Below, one piece after another: positions 10,391-23,400 of a stretch of 64,000 nt of DNA; positions within the stretch are counted from its first letter, which is position 1; the number at the start of each line of letters is the position of its first letter. The notes below the pieces were generated by a model. It was not told the origin of the DNA. It was given only the letters and a program-made list of their open reading frames with translations, and searched no databases. The position numbers and the translations under genes were made by a program. This stretch comes from Azolla caroliniana (Eukaryota; Plantae; Polypodiophyta), in NCBI GenBank assembly GCA_043228905.1, contig JBHGNT010000018.1, forward strand, positions 10,912,001 to 10,976,000, given 5' to 3'.

Positions 10391-11467
10391 TCCTGGTTCT
10401 CGCCACCGAGGGATTCGCGGTTTTGCTCGTGGTTCGGTCGCACCGTCAAAAATTGGACCGAATGGCGCCCATCCTGGCTTTTGACCCTCGCGTAGGCCGA
10501 ACCGTTGTCTAGCACCTTGGTCTCCATCCGCGCCGCCGTGATGTATGGTTCCCCTAAAATGACCGGGTGCGAGGACGTCTCCTGTACGAAGAAGTGCTGG
10601 TCAATCTCGACGTCGCCGATCTTGACTCGCACGTTCGGGCAGGCCCCATGCAGTTCCTCGGTGGCGCGCGTCGCCGCCCGTATCTTCCACCCGTGCTTGG
10701 TGTTGATCGGCCACTTTCCCTTCTTATAGAAGTCCATGGACATTAGGTTTATTTCCGAACCGTGGTCCACCAATGCCACCACCGGTTCCTGAACATCTCC
10801 GATCTTCACCGGGGTCTTCGTGGTCACTCGGGCCCAGTGCGGCCTTGAATAGTGGCTCTCCGCCCACTCATCTTCCAGCGCCATGTCGTCGATGTACGTC
10901 GTCCGCACCTCCACCGGTCTTTCCGGTTCCGTCTCCGTCGACAGCCTCTTCCGTTTCACCAGGTCCACAATGGAGTCATGGAACTCCTTCTTGGCGATCC
11001 CTAGCACCTCCCGCAATGACAGCTCCACTTTGTTCCCGGAGGAGTGCCGACGCGTTTCTTCCCTTGCCGGGGGACTCCACCCATTCCATGAAGTCCCGTT
11101 TCGAAAGCCGGAGCGCGTCGTCCAACCCGTATTTTTCTAGGAGTCGGCCTTCGAACTCCTCCCAGGTACGGCTCTCTGCTCGCACCTCGAGCACCTCCGT
11201 ATGGATGCTCGACATCGCCACTCGAGGAAACAAGGCAAGACGCCTCTCTTCCGGAATGTCCTGCATCAGCATTTCTGCCCCGTAGGATGCCAAATACTTC
11301 GTGGCATCCTTTCCGCTGAACCGGCCGATCGTACCGACAACCGCCTCAATGGCTCTGTCGAGGGCGCTGGTGCCCTCGCGTGCACTCAATATCCGATCCA
11401 CGACCGAAGCCATGGCCTCTGCAAGATCCGACCCCTTCATCTTCTGCTCTTCTGCCGCCTTCTTCAC
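10381..11467 (-). pseudogene. gag: Element A gag-protease with internal deletion
   Basis: ORFs 10976-11467 (gag N-terminus) and 10381-11028 (protease LVDHGSEINLM...ILGEP). Compared with D, roughly 1 kb of central gag including the CCHC knuckle is missing near 11030. Confidence 0.85.
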
Positions 11468-11480
11468 GTCGGGTTCACCA
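11463..11480 (-). promoter_or_regulatory. Primer-binding site complementary to the tRNA-Trp 3' end (element A)
   Basis: TGGTGAACCCGACGTGAA on the - strand, 3 nt from the LTR; identical in D at 39783-39800. Confidence 0.85.
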
Positions 11481-11483
11481 AGA

Positions 11484-12087
11484 TGTCGAGGTATTCCTCG
11501 CGGATGCGTGGAATGAGGCGGGACCTCGGGGGTCCTGTACCAAAGAGCAAGAGAGAAAAGGAGAAGGGAAGAGACCCACTAGGTGCGAGCGTAGATTCAC
11601 AGGGACACGGCCCTTCGACACAAAGACGCGAGTGGGACAGCGACACAGAGAGACACGAATGTATGTATGTATTAACAAAGACAAACAACAAGACACGAAG
11701 TCGGTTACAACCGAACAGGCCGGCGAACAGATGCCGATGCCTGTTCGTAAACGCACAGAAAGGAAAGAGTAGGTTGGAGGTGCTACCGGAAGCACTCGGG
11801 CTTTCCTCAGAGTAGCACGAGCCTCCCGAAACCTGCACAACAAGAAGCTACGGAGCTTGGGAGCCAGAGAGAGAGAGAAGCCTTCGCCCACAAACCGACA
11901 GCACTTCGTCCTCGACTCTCCGCGATCCCTTCGCCCCTCCTCGTCTCCCTCCTTTTATAGGCAAGGAAGGAGCCGTTTTCCATTAACTCCCTACCTATCG
12001 AGGATCTTCTATGTACAACATTCAAGAAGAGCCGGTTCCTACGCTCCGGCGCACCGATTCCGCTTGTGGACGGTTTTCTTCACGACA
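11484..12087 (-). repeat. 5' LTR of element A
   Basis: TGTCGAGG...CACGACA; paired with 6217-6814. Confidence 0.93.
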
Positions 12088-12585
12088 CCGTCGTGAGAAT
12101 TTATCGTAGTATTCTATACATGTGGATGAGTGTGTGTCAGGAATAGTACTAAAACAGAGATGGAATTAGTACTAAGAACAACAGTACTATTAGTACTAAG
12201 AGGACGGGACTGCGTAAGATTCCCGAGAGAGGAAGTGAGAAGAGGAGAGAGAGAGAGATAGCGAGAATGAGAGAGAGAGAGAGATGATGACAGCAGCTAA
12301 TATATTATGTGAGAAGATAAGTACAAGCGGCTAAGAGGCTTAAGACTGGCGTTGAACCAATTTGGTTCAAAACAATGCCTTGTGCCTCCTTTTATAGTGT
12401 TTTTAGGAATAATCCTGAAGCTTCTAGAATGTTCCAGAGAGATCTGGAATATACATCAATTTTCTATGATAAAGTATAAATGAAAATAATATCCTACAAA
12501 ATACAATTCATAATCTAATGGTAAGAGCTCGACCCATGTAGCATAAAGTCATGGGTTCGAGTTTTGCCATGACACTATCTCCCCC

Positions 12586-15500
12586 TTAAAGACGACGAGT
12601 GGAACGAGTCGGCGCTAATTGCGGACCGGGTTTGTCCGGATACTTTCGGTGGAAATCAGCAAGAAGATCTTGTGCATTGGCAACATTCTCGACGGGTTCC
12701 CAAGTACGTTCGCTCGGACTATAACCGAGCCAATCGACCAAGTAATAAAGTTTGTTGCGAACAAGTTTGGAATCGGATGGCAGCAACTTCATACTCCGGG
12801 CCGGCGTCCAACTCCAGCGGGGGCGGCGGTGGTGTCACACGATCGGGAATGGTGTTTGCTTTATAAGGTTCAAGAAGAGAACAATGGAAAACCGGATGTA
12901 TCTGAAGCTGCGGAGGGAGATCCAGGCGGAAGGTGACATCATTAATCTTCCCCGTAATACGGAAAGGACCGAGTCGTCGATAATCCAACTTGTCGCACGG
13001 TCGAGTAGTCTTGATGTGATGACGTAAGAGCCATACTCGATCTCCGATGGCAAAAGAGGAGGGAATCCGATGACGATCCGCATAAGTCTTCTGTGTGTGT
13101 TGAGCATGACGAAGGTGAGTAGAGAGATCCATCTGGATCTTGCGTAGCCTCTCCAAATGGTCCTCGGCACGAGGGTTGGTAGGTAGCTCCGGAGTGTCGA
13201 TCACCGACCAGCGAGGATGGAAACCGGTATAAGTGAGAAATGGGGAGACCCGAGTCGAGGAGTGAATAGCATTATTACACGCAAACTCCGCAAAGTGGAG
13301 AATCTCGGCCCAATCGTCCTGTTGATAACTCAGGAAACACCGGAGATATTGCTCCAACGTTTGGTTTGTTCGTTCCGCCTGTCCGTCAGTTTGAGGATGG
13401 TAGCCGGAGGAGAGGTTGCAGGAGACCTTGAGCATCCTGAAGAGATGCTGCCAAAATTTGGAGACAAATTGCGGGCCTCGGTCACTGATAATACTGTCTG
13501 GTAGGCCATGATGCCGAAATACCTCACGCATAACAAGAGCGGCGGTTTCCTCGCTAGTGATGGCTTTAGTACATGGCACAAAATGTGCCATCTTCGTATA
13601 TTGATCGACGACGGTTAGGATAGCATCGAACCCCTTCGAGACCGGCAGATCTGTGATAAAATCAAGACAAATAGACTACCATGGCTTACTTGGAATTGGT
13701 AAAGGTTCCAACAAGCCATATGGATGGTGTCGTGGCATCTTTGCTCGGCAGCAAGCATCACAGGTCCGAACGTAGTCGTCGACAAAACGGCGCATGTGGG
13801 GCCACCAAAAAGATCGCTGCACTAACTCCAACGTCTTGGTACTACCGAAATGTCTCGCCGTATGGGTGTCGTGACAATGTTGGACGATTTGAAGGCGACA
13901 GGAGCAATCGGGGACATATACGCGCTTTTTAAAGAATAACAAACCATCATGATATTCGAATTGTCGGTAGTCAATACCTGGTTGTTGAGACTGAGAACAG
14001 GATGCCCGAGAAGTATCAATGTGCGCCAGGATGTCTTGAGCAAAACTATCCGTCTTCAAGGTTGCACGTATGTCATCGGTAATCCGTGAATCCATCGGGG
14101 TGTGAAAAATCCGCGTCGTGTGCAATCGTGTTGGTGCCAAGATTACTTGCTTTTGATTATCAAATGTTGCGTCACCAGGACGAGGTGCAAGATATGAACG
14201 CCGTGATAGTGCATCTGCTTTTCCTTACTGCTTCCCCGGTCGATATGTGATTTCGAAGTTGAAACGCGTGAGGAATTGCGTCCACCGAGCTTGCCGTCGA
14301 TTTAGTACGCGAGCGTTCTGAAAATAAGCAAGATTTTTATGATCGCTAAAGACAATGACCTGATGTGGAGAGCCCTCTAAGAAATGCCGCCATTGTACAA
14401 ATGAATCCACGATGGCTAATAACTCCTTGTCATGTATTTCGTAGTTGATTTCTGCGACATTGAATTTGCGCGAATGGAAAGCCACCGGATGCAACTCTTC
14501 TTTATCGCCTTGTTGAGAAAGGATGCTACCGAGGGCGAAATCTGATGCGTCGGCCTCCATGATGAATGGTTTGCTTGTATCCACATAAGCTAGAATCGGT
14601 GCTGATGTAAAGGCTTTCTTAAGATGCCGAAAAGCCATATCTGCTTCGATGGACCAAAGAAATGCTTGGCCCTTCTTCGTAAGTTGTGTGAGAGGTAAAA
14701 TAATCTTCGAGTAATCCTGTATAAACTTACGGTAGAAGTTAGCAAAGCCTAGAAAACATTGTACATCTCGTACCGACCGTGGAATTTGCCACTCTAGTAT
14801 AGTTTGGATTTTAGCTGGATCCATGGCGATGCCCTTTGAGGAGATGACGTAGCCTAGAAATTCCACTTGCTTGCAGTCAAAGCTACATTTCTCTAGCTTG
14901 GCATAAAGACCATTCTCGCGGAGTCGCTTTAGTACTAATAGTACATGAGAATCGTGCTCTTCCTGGGTCTTCGAATAAATCAATAGATCATCCAGATAAA
15001 TGATCAAACAGATATCCAAGAGGTCTCTGAATATATCATTTGCCATGTGTTGGAAGACTACGGGTGCATTGGTTAGGCCAAACGGCATAACAGTATACTC
15101 GAAATGCCCATACCGCGTGCGAAAAGCGGTCTTCCACTCATCTCCCGGTCGGATCCGCATGAGATTATACGCTCCTCGTAGGTCGATTTTAGTAAAAAAC
15201 TTGGCACCATTAACTCGATCTAAAAGACTTGATATAAGAGGAAGTGCATACCTATTCCGGATGGTGACTTTATTCAATCCGCGGTAATCAACGACAAGAC
15301 AAAGTGAGCCATCTTTCTTCTTGACAAAGAAGATGGGTGCACCGGCTTTTACCTTGTCAAATACATCGGCATAAGGATGATATTTTGCCGGAAGTTGTAT
15401 TGAGGAGTCCTTCTTAATAGTGCTAGAAGGATGTACTGATATGGCAAATAGGAACATTGCCTCCTTGGGTCCTTCTTCGCGTAGTTGATGGAGTGAAATG

Positions 15501-15985
15501 GTCGAAACTCGGTGAGTTGATTCTTGGGGTGGTCGATATCAGACTTCTCTTGTTCTCCAATCTATGGCTGGATTATGTAATTCAAGCCAAGGTAATCCTA
15601 GGACAATGGGATGCTCTGGACTACTAATTATATTAAATGATATTATACACACAAAACTACCTAGGACAACTTGAATGGGTTCTGATTCTTCTACAATATT
15701 CCCGTAAGCAATGGGACGACCATCAATGACCACTACAGATGCGGGACAAGGAAGTTTTCTTAAGGATATCTGAGAAGCTTGGGCAAAATTTCGATCCATG
15801 AAACAGGAATTAGCTCCGGAATCTAAAAGTGCTAGGACGGGTACTGGGGGAGTACTTTTAGTACTAACAATGACTTGGGCTAGGAACACATTGCTAACTT
15901 GCTTGGAAGGAATGGAACCACTAATGGGCTGTACAGATCTAGGGCTGCTGTCCAACCAAATGGCTCCTATTTTGGCTGGACTCAA
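12586..15985 (-). pseudogene. pol: Element B pol (PR-RT-RH-INT-chromodomain), interrupted by stops, a frameshift and a deletion
   Basis: ORFs 15539-15985 (LLDSGA), 14225-15457 (IYLDD, RNase H), 13676-14140 (HHCC), 12719-13591 (DDE, GPF) and 12586-12792 (YLVDWLGYSPSERTWEP chromodomain). About 140 bp is missing near 15343 relative to the 57-61 kb copy. Confidence 0.9.
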
Positions 15986-17075
15986 TTGTTTAACTCTTCA
16001 TCTAATTGACTAAGGATTTCAAATTTATTTGAGATACTTGGGCTATTAGTACTATGAATACTATCTGACACTCTATTAGTACTATTAATACTATCAGACA
16101 CTCCGAAGGGAAGAATTGACTCGGGTTTAGTACAGGCGACGATTTGATTTACCTGTCTTCTTGGCCTATGGGGACAATTGATGGCGATATGTCCTGGTCC
16201 ACCACAATAAAGACATAATTGATTGGCATGTCGTCGTTGCTTTTCTTCTTCCGATAATGGGCCGCGTCGACGCATGGTATCGATCTCCATCGGTGTCGAA
16301 GTATTTGCTTGAGGTATGTCTCGTGCAAACGGTTTAGCCGCGATTGCGGCGTAAGTGGGCTCTGGCCTAGAGCGTGGTATCTGTAATTGATGTTCTGAAC
16401 GCCGTTCAAAAAGGCGGTTGTCACATCGAACTGCTCGACTGATTGCCTCCGTAAGAGACTTTGGTTCTTCGGGGAAAGTTAGAAGTAGATCTTTGACATC
16501 GTTTCGCAAGCCATAGCGAAACTGGTCCATTAGTGCTTGATCATCCCAGGGTATATCTGAAGCAAGTAGGCGGAAATCCGCCGCGTAGGCAGAGGCTGCA
16601 CGATCGCCTTGACGCAATCGCCGGATCTTGTTGATCGCCGTCCTGATGCTGTCGGTGTCTCCAAAGCAGGCTTTAAACTCACCAATAAAATCTTCAAAGT
16701 TATTAAGTAAGGGTGATTGTTTTTCTAGAAGCGGAGCAAACCATGCCAAGGCTGAGCCGCTAAGTAGCGTGCCTATTAGGCCGACTCGAGATGCATCAGT
16801 GGGATATCGGGAAGGATGCATCTGGATGACTAAGCGTACCTGATTAAGGAATCCCCGGAATTGCGAACGCGTTCCATCAAATTTCACAGGAAGTCCAATC
16901 TTGGGCTCTTTATGAAATCCTTGGGGACTGGATCCTTGTTGTTGCAACGCTGCTTCGAGTTGTTGTACCCGTAACGCTAACTCCCCATGTTGTTGTTGCG
17001 TTTGTTGTTTTTCTAGAGCGATTTGTTGCAGATCCCCTATCAGCCGTTGGTTTTCTTGTTCTAGGGCAACAAACT
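15982..17075 (-). CDS. gag: Element B gag (N-terminus replaced by an inverted LTR fragment)
   Basis: Track ORF 15982-17157: KFDGTRSQFRGF...ALAWF...LRQG...YAADF and CLYCGGPGHIAINC. Its first ~28 codons derive from LTR sequence. Confidence 0.85.
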
Positions 17076-19395
17076 TTACTAATAGTACTAATAGTACTGC
17101 TGTTCTTAGTACTAATTCCATCTCTGTTTTAGTACTATTCCTGACAGTTTGAACCAATTTGGTTCAAAACAATGCCTTGTGCCTCCTTTTATAGTGTTTT
17201 TAGGAATAATCCTGAAGCTTCTAGAATGTTCCAGAGAGATCTGGAATATACATCAATTTTCTATGATAAAGTATAAATGAAAATAATATCCTACAAAATA
17301 CAATTTATAATCTAATGGTAAGAGCTCGACCCATGTAGCATAAAGTCATGGGTTCGAGTCTTGCCATGACAGTGTGAGGGTTAAACGAGAGTGTAAAGAA
17401 GGGGAGGATTACTTTTAATCCTCGTGATTGAGACAACCCATTAGGCCAAGTGTTAAATTGCTTGGGGGGCCTTGGGTATCGCTATAAATAAGAGGCCTAG
17501 CTACCCTCATTTCATCATCTTTTGACTACGTCAAGACTCTGTTTCGTAGTGGTTCAACTCTTGTAGCGAGCGCGCCAGCAACAAGTACGACTCGACGCCA
17601 CGGTGGTGGTATGGGACGCCGATCGAGGCTTGAGTCCGTCTCAATCCCATCACTCGAGGGTGGTCGGGTGGATCGGCACCCTTATTTCTCTCTCTCCTTT
17701 CTATCTATCTATCTATCATTCTTTTCTCCTTATCATACGCTTAGATTAGATCATATCTCTAATAATTGGTTTCAGAGCTCATTTTCTAATGTTTCTTTTG
17801 TTGTCTTTTGTCTTCTTGATTCATGGTGATCGATCGATGTGTGGTTGGCCTTGATCCAGACAACGATCAACAAAGGAACTTCGGTAATCTTTCTTGTTTT
17901 TTTTTCTATTTTTTCTTCGCCCTTCTAATCATGTATATGGTCATATGTAAATTTTTTTCCCATTGATTCAATGATGTTGTAGTGGTAATTAATTGGTTAT
18001 ATAAAATGTTTACATATGTGCACGAGGTCAATACCTCATTTGACATATATTTAATATGTGATTAGTGTCATATGCATACGAGGTTAATACCTCAATTATG
18101 TATTACGTTCACAAACATATGTTACGTTTGCGTATGAGGTCATTACCTTGATTTGTATGTAAATGATATGCGTTTGGTGTCGTATGGGTATGAGGTCAAT
18201 ACCTCAATTGCGTATTACGATTAACCCTTATTTTTAGATGTTTCGTGTGCGTAGAGGGTATATGTCTCGATTACGTATCTCGATTACATTATTTTGGGCT
18301 ATTTTATATTACGATTTCTTTTATATATGCATATGCGGTCACGTCTATACGTATTTGATCGTATATATGTGATAATATACATATGTGTATATAAGTTATT
18401 ACATGATTTCAATATTGAATGTTTTCCTTTTCGGGGAAAGGATCTTGGTGGCCATCCTCACATTTTTGTGAGAATGACGTTGTCACCATCCCTTTTTCAA
18501 CAAATTTTTGTTGTTGAAATCCCCGTTGGTGACTTCGATTTCGTTACGTAATGAAACAATCTTAGCCACAATGGTGTTGAGAACATAGGGCTGAGGTTGC
18601 TCTTATGACACACATATCCAACATCTATCCCTCAGTACATGGATATGATGCCACCATGAGATCATTCTTACAAAAGGCATTCATAATGACGTAACAATGT
18701 GATGGGCCATGTGGACCTACTACAAAAAGAGGGCTCATTTGGCTTGAGCATTAGGTTGCACTTTGGCGTATGCCATCGTAATTACGAGACTTGAGGTTAG
18801 GTAACGTTGCAACAAAGTTTGTGGTGAACGAGGGGGAAATAAGGACTCTTGACATATATGTTTCTTTTAAAAAAACATATATGGGCAAATGCCTCGCATA
18901 TCTCTTATACACATTAAATATTAAATATTTAAGAAGAGCAACCTACTTGGTTGGCTCAAGTGTTTAATGCATTTGTTCTCGAGGTCTCGAGTTCAAATAT
19001 GACCAAGATCATAAAGCATTGTTGATACATAAGACTATAACATGTGTTTAGACTTGAGGTCTAAGTGCACTTCGGGGTCCTCGTAATAGGACTTGAAGAG
19101 CCGAAACTACATATGTGGGCACCGAAACATAGTTTATTGTTAACATTTTTTTTGTGTATAAACTATTCATGACATGAACATACATGGTTGAGCCTCGGGG
19201 AGCCGCCATGAAAAAATCGATATAGAGATAAGGGAAAGACATTAATTTGTCACCCCCATGGTTTTTAAAACACCTTTGTGTTACCATAGTAACCTGATCT
19301 TTAACCTCATCTCATACGTTTAGAGGGGTATTTACGTGAGATCATGATATCGATTAATGTTTACCCGTGATATGTTTACATCATGACGTGATGTT

Positions 19396-20400
19396 ATGAC
19401 TATTTGTCTCACCTTATCCTATTTCTTTGCCAGAAATAATCATTCAATGGCTCAAAATAATGACCCGACGTCATCCGCTCAAGCAGAAGGAACTCAAGGA
19501 AATCCTCCTGGACAAATGTCCATTGAGATATATTTTTCACAAATAAGCCAATACCTTAGTTTCACCGCTCAACAAATGACTGAACTTCGGCAATCTCAAA
19601 GTGCTCTGGAGGCACGTGTCATTAGCTTACAATGTGAGACTAATAGACCTGATGGGCGACAGGGTGAACCATCGTTTGTCGTTAACCCATTTACGGGAGA
19701 AAAAAAGGAAACAACCGAAGAAGCAATCTGCACGTGGTTGGGCCAATGGGAGTCTCATTTTGAGGTCTATCCCACTCCAAATAGTACGAAGATTGCATAT
19801 GTCGGTCGAGAATTAGGGGGTAAGGCCGCTGCCTGGTGGCGTGGGCTCCGAACTTTGGGGAAATTGCCCGATACCTGGACAGATTTTGTCACAGTTTTTA
19901 AAGGCCAATTTTTGCAACCTCCCTCTCGAGCAGAGGCAGTACATGCTTTAATGAACCTCTCTAGCATGAAGTTTTCCTTGCTAGAAGACTATGATCACCA
20001 TGCTAGAACCCAAATCCAAAAATCGGGTCTAGAAGGGGACAACTGGTTAATAGCTTGTTTTGTTAATGGCATCCCCAATTCGGATTATCACTGCATAGTG
20101 CACGATAAGGATCCAAAATCCTTCGAAGAGGCCGTTGAAATAGTTCTTCGCTATCAACACACTTCGAAGAAGGACCACAACAAACCCAACGAAGTGCTCG
20201 GGACTAAGCAGTCGAAATTCGCTGGGAAACGCAAGACACCCAACGAATTAATGGATCACGATTGTAAGTGACAACATCCTTTTTGCGTATTCTGCAAAAA
20301 GAAGGGTCGTACAAAAGAGCAATGTCAAAAGCTCCAATGGAAAGAGCACGACAGCAAAGCTAAAGCTGCAAACCATAAAGGTTCGATTCCTAATGTCCTT
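19396..20400 (+). pseudogene. gag: Chromovirus C1 gag
   Basis: ORF 19396-20271 (GKAAAWW...TWTDFVTVFKGQF); CAYSAKRR/CKKKGRTKEQC-type knuckle remnant after the premature stop. Confidence 0.8.
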
Positions 20401-20454
20401 CAGGTCTATACACATCATTTAAGTAATTGTCAATGTTCTTTCCCTCACTATGTA

Positions 20455-23400
20455 TTGGGTCCCAATGATTTACTACATGGAAACGGGTATATCAATGGAT
20501 CTCCTATACAATTTTTGTTTGATTTGGGAAGGTCACAGAACTTTGTGAATTATCGTTTGGTTAAGATATGGGGAATCCTACCCATCGTAAGTGATCACAC
20601 CTATACGGTGCACTTGGCTGATGGAAGAGTACAATACATCAACGTGGCGATTCATTCATTAGGAATTTCTATTGATACTTATATAGAGGAAGTAGACTTC
20701 CATGTAATGAATCTTTGTACCACTGATGTAATATTGGGTTATCCCTGGTTCTATAATAAAAGCTCTTCTTTATCTATTGATTGGGTTCATCATTCAATAA
20801 CTTTTGTACTAAATGACTGTACTCATTTTATTCAATGTGTAAAAAAACAATCCCTCTCGATTGTTTCCTCTCCATCAATATCCGAGTTGTCTTGTTCTAC
20901 TCTATTTTATTGTGTACTTAATCCAGACATTCACGCTTACAATATTGATAATGTCTCGGTTCAATTTGAACAACAACTTGATGAAATCTTAAATGATTTT
21001 TGTGATGTTTTTCTGAGTGAACTACCAGATGGGTTACCTCCTAAACATAATATAGACCATCGTATAGATATTGTACCTGGCGTTGCACCAATAAGTATAC
21101 CTCCTTATCGCTTAAGTAGATTTGAAGAGGATGAGGTATCTAAGCAACTCAAGGACTATTTATGAATGGGTTATATACGTTATAGTAAATCTCCATGGGG
21201 TGCACCAGTTCTCTTGGTTAAAAAGAAAGAGGGCACATGGCATATGTGTATTAATTACCGATGCTTAAATAAAGTGACGATCAAGAATTCGTATCCATTG
21301 CCCCGAGTTGACGATCTAATTGACCGTCTCCAGGGAGCTCGGTATTTTACGAAACTTGATCTATGTACTGGCTACCATCACATTCGTATAAGTGAGGACG
21401 ATGTTTCTAAAACGGCATTTCGTACGTGCTATGGCCATTATGAGTTTTTGGTTATACCTTTTGGTTTGACCAATGCTCCGGCTACATTTCAACAAGAAAT
21501 GAATGACATTTTCCGAGAACAACTTGGAAAATTTGTCATTATTTTCTTGGATGATATTTTAGTTTATAGTCGTACATTACAAGAACATGCTAAACATGTC
21601 CACTTTGTTTTACAAACATTGCGTAATAAATAGTTCTATGCGAAGATCTCAAAATGTGAGTTCTTCAAGAAATCAATTACTTATCTTCGACATCTTAAAA
21701 CCGAATGAGGAGTTGAATTTGATCCTTCTCGCATTGAGAAAATCAAGCTTTGGCCCACTCTTCGGAATATTCGAGAAGTTTGATCATTCCTTGGTTTTGT
21801 CAGGTTTTTGCGAAAATCCCTTCGTAATTACTCCTAATTGACAATGCCGTTTACTGATATTCTAAAAGGTCAAACGCGTAAGTCTACAAAACCTATTGTC
21901 TAGAATGGTACACTAGACCTCGCCTTTAAGGAGGTCAAGGACCTGGTGTGCAAGGCTCCTTCATTTCTTTTACCTGATCCTTCAAAACCTGTTGAGGTTG
22001 AATCCGATGCAAGCAATTATGCTATAGGTGTTGTCTTATATCAAGATGGTAAACCAATAGCATTCGAGAGTAAGAAACATGATTTTGCTCAATGTCGGTA
22101 TACCGTTCAACAAAAGGAGTTATTTGCAGTTATACATGCGCTCAAAACATGGCGCCATTATCTTTATGGAAATCGTTTTGTGGTAACTACGGACCACGAG
22201 TCCTTGAAATATTTTTGTGACCAACAAGACCTGAAAGGTTGTAAGGAACGATGGGCTGATCTCATCCAGGACTTTGATTTTTCCATACGATATCGTAAAG
22301 GTTCCATGAACACTATCACTAATGCACTAAGTCGCATCTGTGAAGTTAACATGCTTAGCTTTACTAAAATAACATCAGATCTTTATGATCACCTTTGAGG
22401 AAAGTATCCTGATGACAGTTATTTTGCAAAATACTGGGCAAGAGTTGAGTCTGGAACAGACACCACCACATCCTTGAAGGAATACTTCCACATTGCTAAC
22501 AGTCTGCTTTACCGTAATGGGAGGATTTGTGTTCCAAATTTTCCTAAGGTCAAAAAGAGAATTCTTTTTGAATGTCATTCTGTGGGGCACCTTGGAATAC
22601 ATCGTGCACTTGTTCTCATCTCCACTCAATTTTATTGGCCTAAGATGCGTCTTGACATACATAGGTATGTGACTAAATTTCACCAATATCAGGTTAACAA
22701 AGCCGAGCGACTTAAAGCCGCATGACTTTTACATCCCTTGGACATTCCCAATAATAAGTGGGAAAGTATATCCATGGATTTTATTGTTAGCCTTCCTCGC
22801 ACCCAAAAAGGCCATGATGCCATCTAGGTTGTGGTTGATAAACTAAGTAAAATGGTCAGATTTATTGCTACTAAAACCACAGTAACAACTCCTAAATTGG
22901 CTTACCAATTTGTTGACGAGTTATTTTGTTTTTATGGGTTACCGATGGATATCGTGAGTGATCGAGATCCAAAGTTTACTAGTGACTTTTAGACGCAAGT
23001 CTTTAAGAAGTTAGAAGCTACATTGAGCATTAGCTCCACGGATCATCCTTAATTCGATGGACAGACTGAACGAGTAAATTAAATTATTGAGGACATGCTT
23101 CGAGCATACGTTGGTACAAAACCAACAAAATGGGAACGTTATCTCCCAATTTTGGAGTTTGCTTATAACAACTCCAAGCATACATCGACGGGATATAGTC
23201 CTTTGATGTTGATGTATGGTTTTCAGCCACGAGCCCCGATTGATGTTAATATACATCATGATGAGTTGCGAAATACGCAAAACTTTCTTAGGGATATGCA
23301 AGATATGTTGCATATTGCACGAGATAATATAAAAACAGCTCAAGATAGAGTGCATTTTTATGCCGATCATCATAGGCAACCTCATGTATTCAACCCTGGA

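Larger units (their letters stand above)
6217..12087 (-). mobile_element. Ty3/gypsy non-chromovirus element A (tRNA-Trp-primed, Phygy-like)
   Basis: LTRs TGTCG...CGACA at 6217-6814 and 11484-12087; 4-bp TSD CCGT; PBS complement TTCACGTCGGGTTCACCA at 11463-11480; PPT next to 6815; gag-PR-RT-RH-INT order. Confidence 0.93.
12135..17371 (-). mobile_element. Ty3/gypsy chromovirus B (Tcn1-like, TAGTACTA-rich), defective
   Basis: TSD GTGTG; 3' LTR 12135-12574 (TGTCA...TGACA); PPT AAGGGGGAGATAG; 5' LTR reduced to ~17148-17371; gag with CCHC, DSG protease, YLDD RT, integrase and chromodomain. Confidence 0.92.

Noticed and set aside
7194-11815. Many + strand ORFs over element A, and likewise over D
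   Set aside because: They are shadow ORFs antisense to GC-rich gag/pol, with no independent motifs.
17075-17157. Signal peptide or env-like hydrophobic N-terminus on the element B gag
   Set aside because: It is a translation of the inverted TAGTACTA-rich LTR fragment, not an ancestral coding sequence.
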